DNA from: Catajapyx aquilonaris
Lineage: Eukaryota
Assembly: GCA_000934665.2 (NCBI GenBank)
Contig: JYFJ02003427.1
Coordinates: 1-41,796 of the forward strand
Direction: 5' to 3'
Length of the DNA: 41,796 nucleotides
Both the position numbers and the translations under genes were made by a program. Position 1 is the stretch's first letter. Each line of letters begins with the position of its first letter. This document shows, piece after piece, positions 38,480 through 41,796 of the stretch. Under the pieces are notes generated by a model, which was not told the origin of the DNA, did not search any database, and saw only the letters and a program-made list of their open reading frames with translations.

Positions 38480-41372
38480 ATGGGCAATGAATTCGGAGTA
38501 GTAGACTACCTCGTTGTAATTTGCACACTTGCATTTTCCACTCTCATCGGCCTGTACTACGCGGTGGTCAGGAAGCAACAAACCAACCACGATTTGTTGA
38601 TGGGTGGCCGGAATTTGGCGGTGCTTCCTGTGGCTTCGTCTCTAATGGCCACCTACTTGTCGTCCAGTGGTGTCATAGGTAAGCACAATTTATACATTTC
38701 AAAAATCAACCATTGGCAAGTGCATAATAATGTATTCCACCCTAATAGGCATACCTGGAGAAATATACAAAAACGGATTCATAATCATCTGGCTTCCTGT
38801 GGTGTACCTAATTGCTGGAGGTCTCGGCATTTACATAGTTGTCCCGATTATATACAAACTGCATTTAACCAGTGTATACGAGGTATGTAATATTATTCGA
38901 AAAAGACTGACTGTGCGTTCGTAATATTATATACTAACTATGCATTATTTGGGTCAAATATTCCGATTGCAGTACTTCGAACTGAGGTACAACTCACGCA
39001 TGGTGCGATGGGTGACTTCTGCAAGTTTTGTGACCCAGATGATCCTGTACATGGGAGTAGCTTTCTACGCCCCTGCCCTGGCCCTAGAGACCTTTCTCGG
39101 GGTCCCCACGTGGTCTTCAATCTTGGTTATGGGAAGCTGCGCCACCTTGTACTCAGCCGTCGGAGGCCTGAGGGCAGTGGTGTGGACTGATGTCTTCCAG
39201 TCGGTCATCATGTTCGTGGGATTGCTGGCCATCTTGGTCAGATGTTGGTCCAGCTTTGGCGGACCAATGGAAATGTTTCGAATAGCCAAAGAGCACGGCA
39301 GAATGAATGTGATCGAGTACGTTAATCGCAAGAGTTTGCGTTGGGGTTACACACCTGACATATTTCGACCTAATTTGCACACTGTTAATATTCAAATTAT
39401 GCATGTTCTTTTCTCACAGCCTCCAGTTCGACCCCCTGATCCGACACACAACTTTGAACATTATAGTGGGCTACGGATATTTAGCATTTATATTTTCTGC
39501 CACAACGCAGCCGACCGTACAACGTTACTGCAGCATGAGGACGTTGCGGGAAGCTTTTAAGTAAGTATCGAAGTCTATAAAGTGGACTTGCCGCTTTTCG
39601 TAAACATGATGTAATTCCAGGTGTATGGTAGTGTCATCATTCATGCACATGCTTATATTCTTCCTGATTGCCCTCTGCGGTCTGGCCATCTTCGCCAACT
39701 TCTCCGGATGCGACCCGCTGACCCAAGGCCTCATCAAAAAGAGTGACCAAATAGTGCCCTACTTCGTGGCCAGTGAGCTCGGGGATGTGCCGGGCATGAT
39801 GGGCCTGTTCCTGGCCTGCCTTTTAAGCGCGACCCTTAGCACCTTGTCTTCTGGACTCAACTCGTTGGCAGCTGTCACCTGGGAAGACTTTCTGTCCGAC
39901 TGTCCCAGGTTCAGTGCCGCAAGCCTAGAAAAGCAGGGGACTGTGTCAAAAATCGTGTCTTTCCTCTACGGGCTTGTGGCCATGGGATTCGCGTTCGTGT
40001 GCGGCAGATTCGGGGACATCTTCACTGTTGTGCTGGTGGTCAACGGTGCCATCACTGGAGGGTTGGGAACGCTCATGTTTTTTGCATTCTTCATCCCGTT
40101 TGGAAATAAGTGGGCAAGTGATCTTTCATTATTTTGGCTTTCAATGTGTTCGTATTGAGATGGCTGTTAAAAGTTCGTGATTTTTTGGCACTATAGGCTG
40201 CTTACCTAAAGTTTAAAGTTATTTTCATGAATTGCCAAAATATATTACGCTCAATTAAATCTTGAATTACAATGTTTCCTTTTCGGAACGGTCCACTTGA
40301 TTCATAAATCCATGTAATTGGACCGATTTGAGCGACCCAGCAGAGCAAGGTCCAAAGTCACCCAAAGTCCAAGGTAATACATGCCGAGGTCCAAGGTCAT
40401 ATTTGGAATTATGAACCATAAAATCAGCATCGCAAATGCTGCTCATTGTTGTGATGGCGTCAGGAGTACGTTAAACCTTGACTCCATGAGTAGACCTGTA
40501 CTACACTATTCAACTCTGACTTTAAAAATATAATATATTCTACACTCGTGCAATATTTTTCTATTATTCTGGACTTCAGGCCTAGATCTAACTTCTAATG
40601 GGCCGCTCCTGTCATATCATATCAAGGCTAAACCCCTGACACCCTCCCTTTCCCCGAAGGTGTTAAAGAGAATGTGGCGTCAAGGCAACCTGATATTAGC
40701 AGCTACGAGCAGCTCGTAATTTTATGGTAGCGCATAAATGTGTCTGCTGTAATGTCATATGTTTAACAAGCAGCTTAGTTCCAAATATTCCTAATTGTAA
40801 CACCTCCATTGGAACTTCCTGTAACAATATTTTTCTCCCAAATCCGATTCAAATCTAGGGAGCCGTGTCGGGCATTGTTGCCAGTCATGCCGTCACCCTG
40901 TGGGTCAGTTTGGGTGCTGTGATGACTGCCGGAGTTTTCAGGATCGAACACAGTCTTCCTTTAAGGGTAGACGACTGTCTAAACTACACCCGTTATGAGT
41001 GGGAAAATGTGACTCTTCTGGATATGGAGTCACAGGTATTCCATGCGGCATTATTGTTGTCAGAAATGAAATATTATTTGCTAATTAAAATCTACCTTTC
41101 GCCTTTTAAATATTTGCTACAGGTACTCACAAATTCTACATACCTTCCTGCAATAGACGATAATATAAAGAGGTAAATCATTATGCAACTAAATATCCAA
41201 TATAAAAACTTATTAACTTATAGCCTTGAAAAGTTGCACGTATAAAGAATTATGTACTTTCATTGCAGTAGCGATTGGCTTGTACAGCTCTACTCGACTT
41301 CATACCTTTTCTATCCAATTATTGGAGGTTCAGTGATGGTGACTGTCGGCGTCATAGTAAGTCTGTTAACAG
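38480..41372 (+). CDS. SLC5 sodium/solute symporter (SMCT/NIS/SMVT-like), copy 3, 3'-partial (last exon beyond the window)
   Basis: Exons 38480-38678, 38749-38882, 38973-39316, 39420-39560, 39621-40113 (GC donor), 40859-41035, 41123-41172, 41269(or 41272)-41372. Exons 2-5 are 134/344/141/493 nt, identical in length to copy 2. Motifs GGLRAVVWTDVFQ, TVQRYCS, CDPL, SATLSTLSSGLNS. Confidence 0.92.
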
Positions 41373-41796
41373 GTACGGCCACAATATACATAATACTGAA
41401 TGACGATTTTTGATAAATTATTCCTTACATACAATAGTTATTTAATAAGTCTCTAACGAGTTTAGCTTTAATTAGAATTCAGTGCCTGTCGTCTGGGTAC
41501 TATTGCTCACGTATAATAAGTGGAGAACGTTTGAGGGATATTATTACAAAGGATACGCGATAAATATTAGGCCATTTGTGTTTCCTTAATATTTTCTTTA
41601 TATAAAAAAACAGCCTGGTTTTGATAATGACCTATACTCACAAGGGAACCTCTCGAAGTGTCCCTCGAAGTTCAAGGTCAAATATTTTTTTTCGGGTTCC
41701 TTATCAGCTAGAAGGACAACACCCTTCTGGAGAAATCCTCGATCTCAAGCGTTTTCGAGATACAGGGGTCAAAAGGTCAAGAATGGGCAACTTTAT

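Noticed and set aside
1..41796. CRISPR arrays, rRNA, or prokaryotic operon/defence systems
   Set aside because: No regularly spaced repeats or rRNA-like sequence seen; all recognisable genes have spliceosomal introns.

Overview
Eukaryotic genomic DNA with spliceosomal introns, many of them 55-75 nt. It is from an invertebrate, probably an arthropod; the taxon cannot be fixed from the sequence. Six spliced protein-coding genes were reconstructed by hand. (1) A 15-exon FAM184-family coiled-coil gene (+, 1508-17824, ~1067 aa). (2) A convergent aldo-keto reductase (-, 18797-20349, ~325 aa, catalytic tetrad intact). (3-5) A tandem array of three SLC5 sodium/solute symporters of the SMCT/NIS/SMVT branch (+, 25143-30071, 31626-37090, 38480 to beyond the window). 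(6) An axonemal dynein light chain 4 (DNAL4) gene that the ORF track misses, on the - strand between SLC5 copies 1 and 2, with a consensus RFX X-box upstream. Non-coding DNA holds a TA-flanked Tc1/mariner-type MITE with a nested 34-bp hairpin, a small hAT-like MITE with a 6-bp flanking repeat, and orphan transposon ends. The main leads are a hidden in-phase exon in FAM184 intron 4, probable antisense 3' overlap of SLC5-1 and DNAL4, two probable GC-AG introns, reciprocal intron differences among the SLC5 paralogs, and loss of the conserved Asn of the SLC5 NQxxxQR motif. I found no CRISPR array, rRNA, convincing tRNA or prokaryotic system, and I cannot claim a wholly new biological system from this window.
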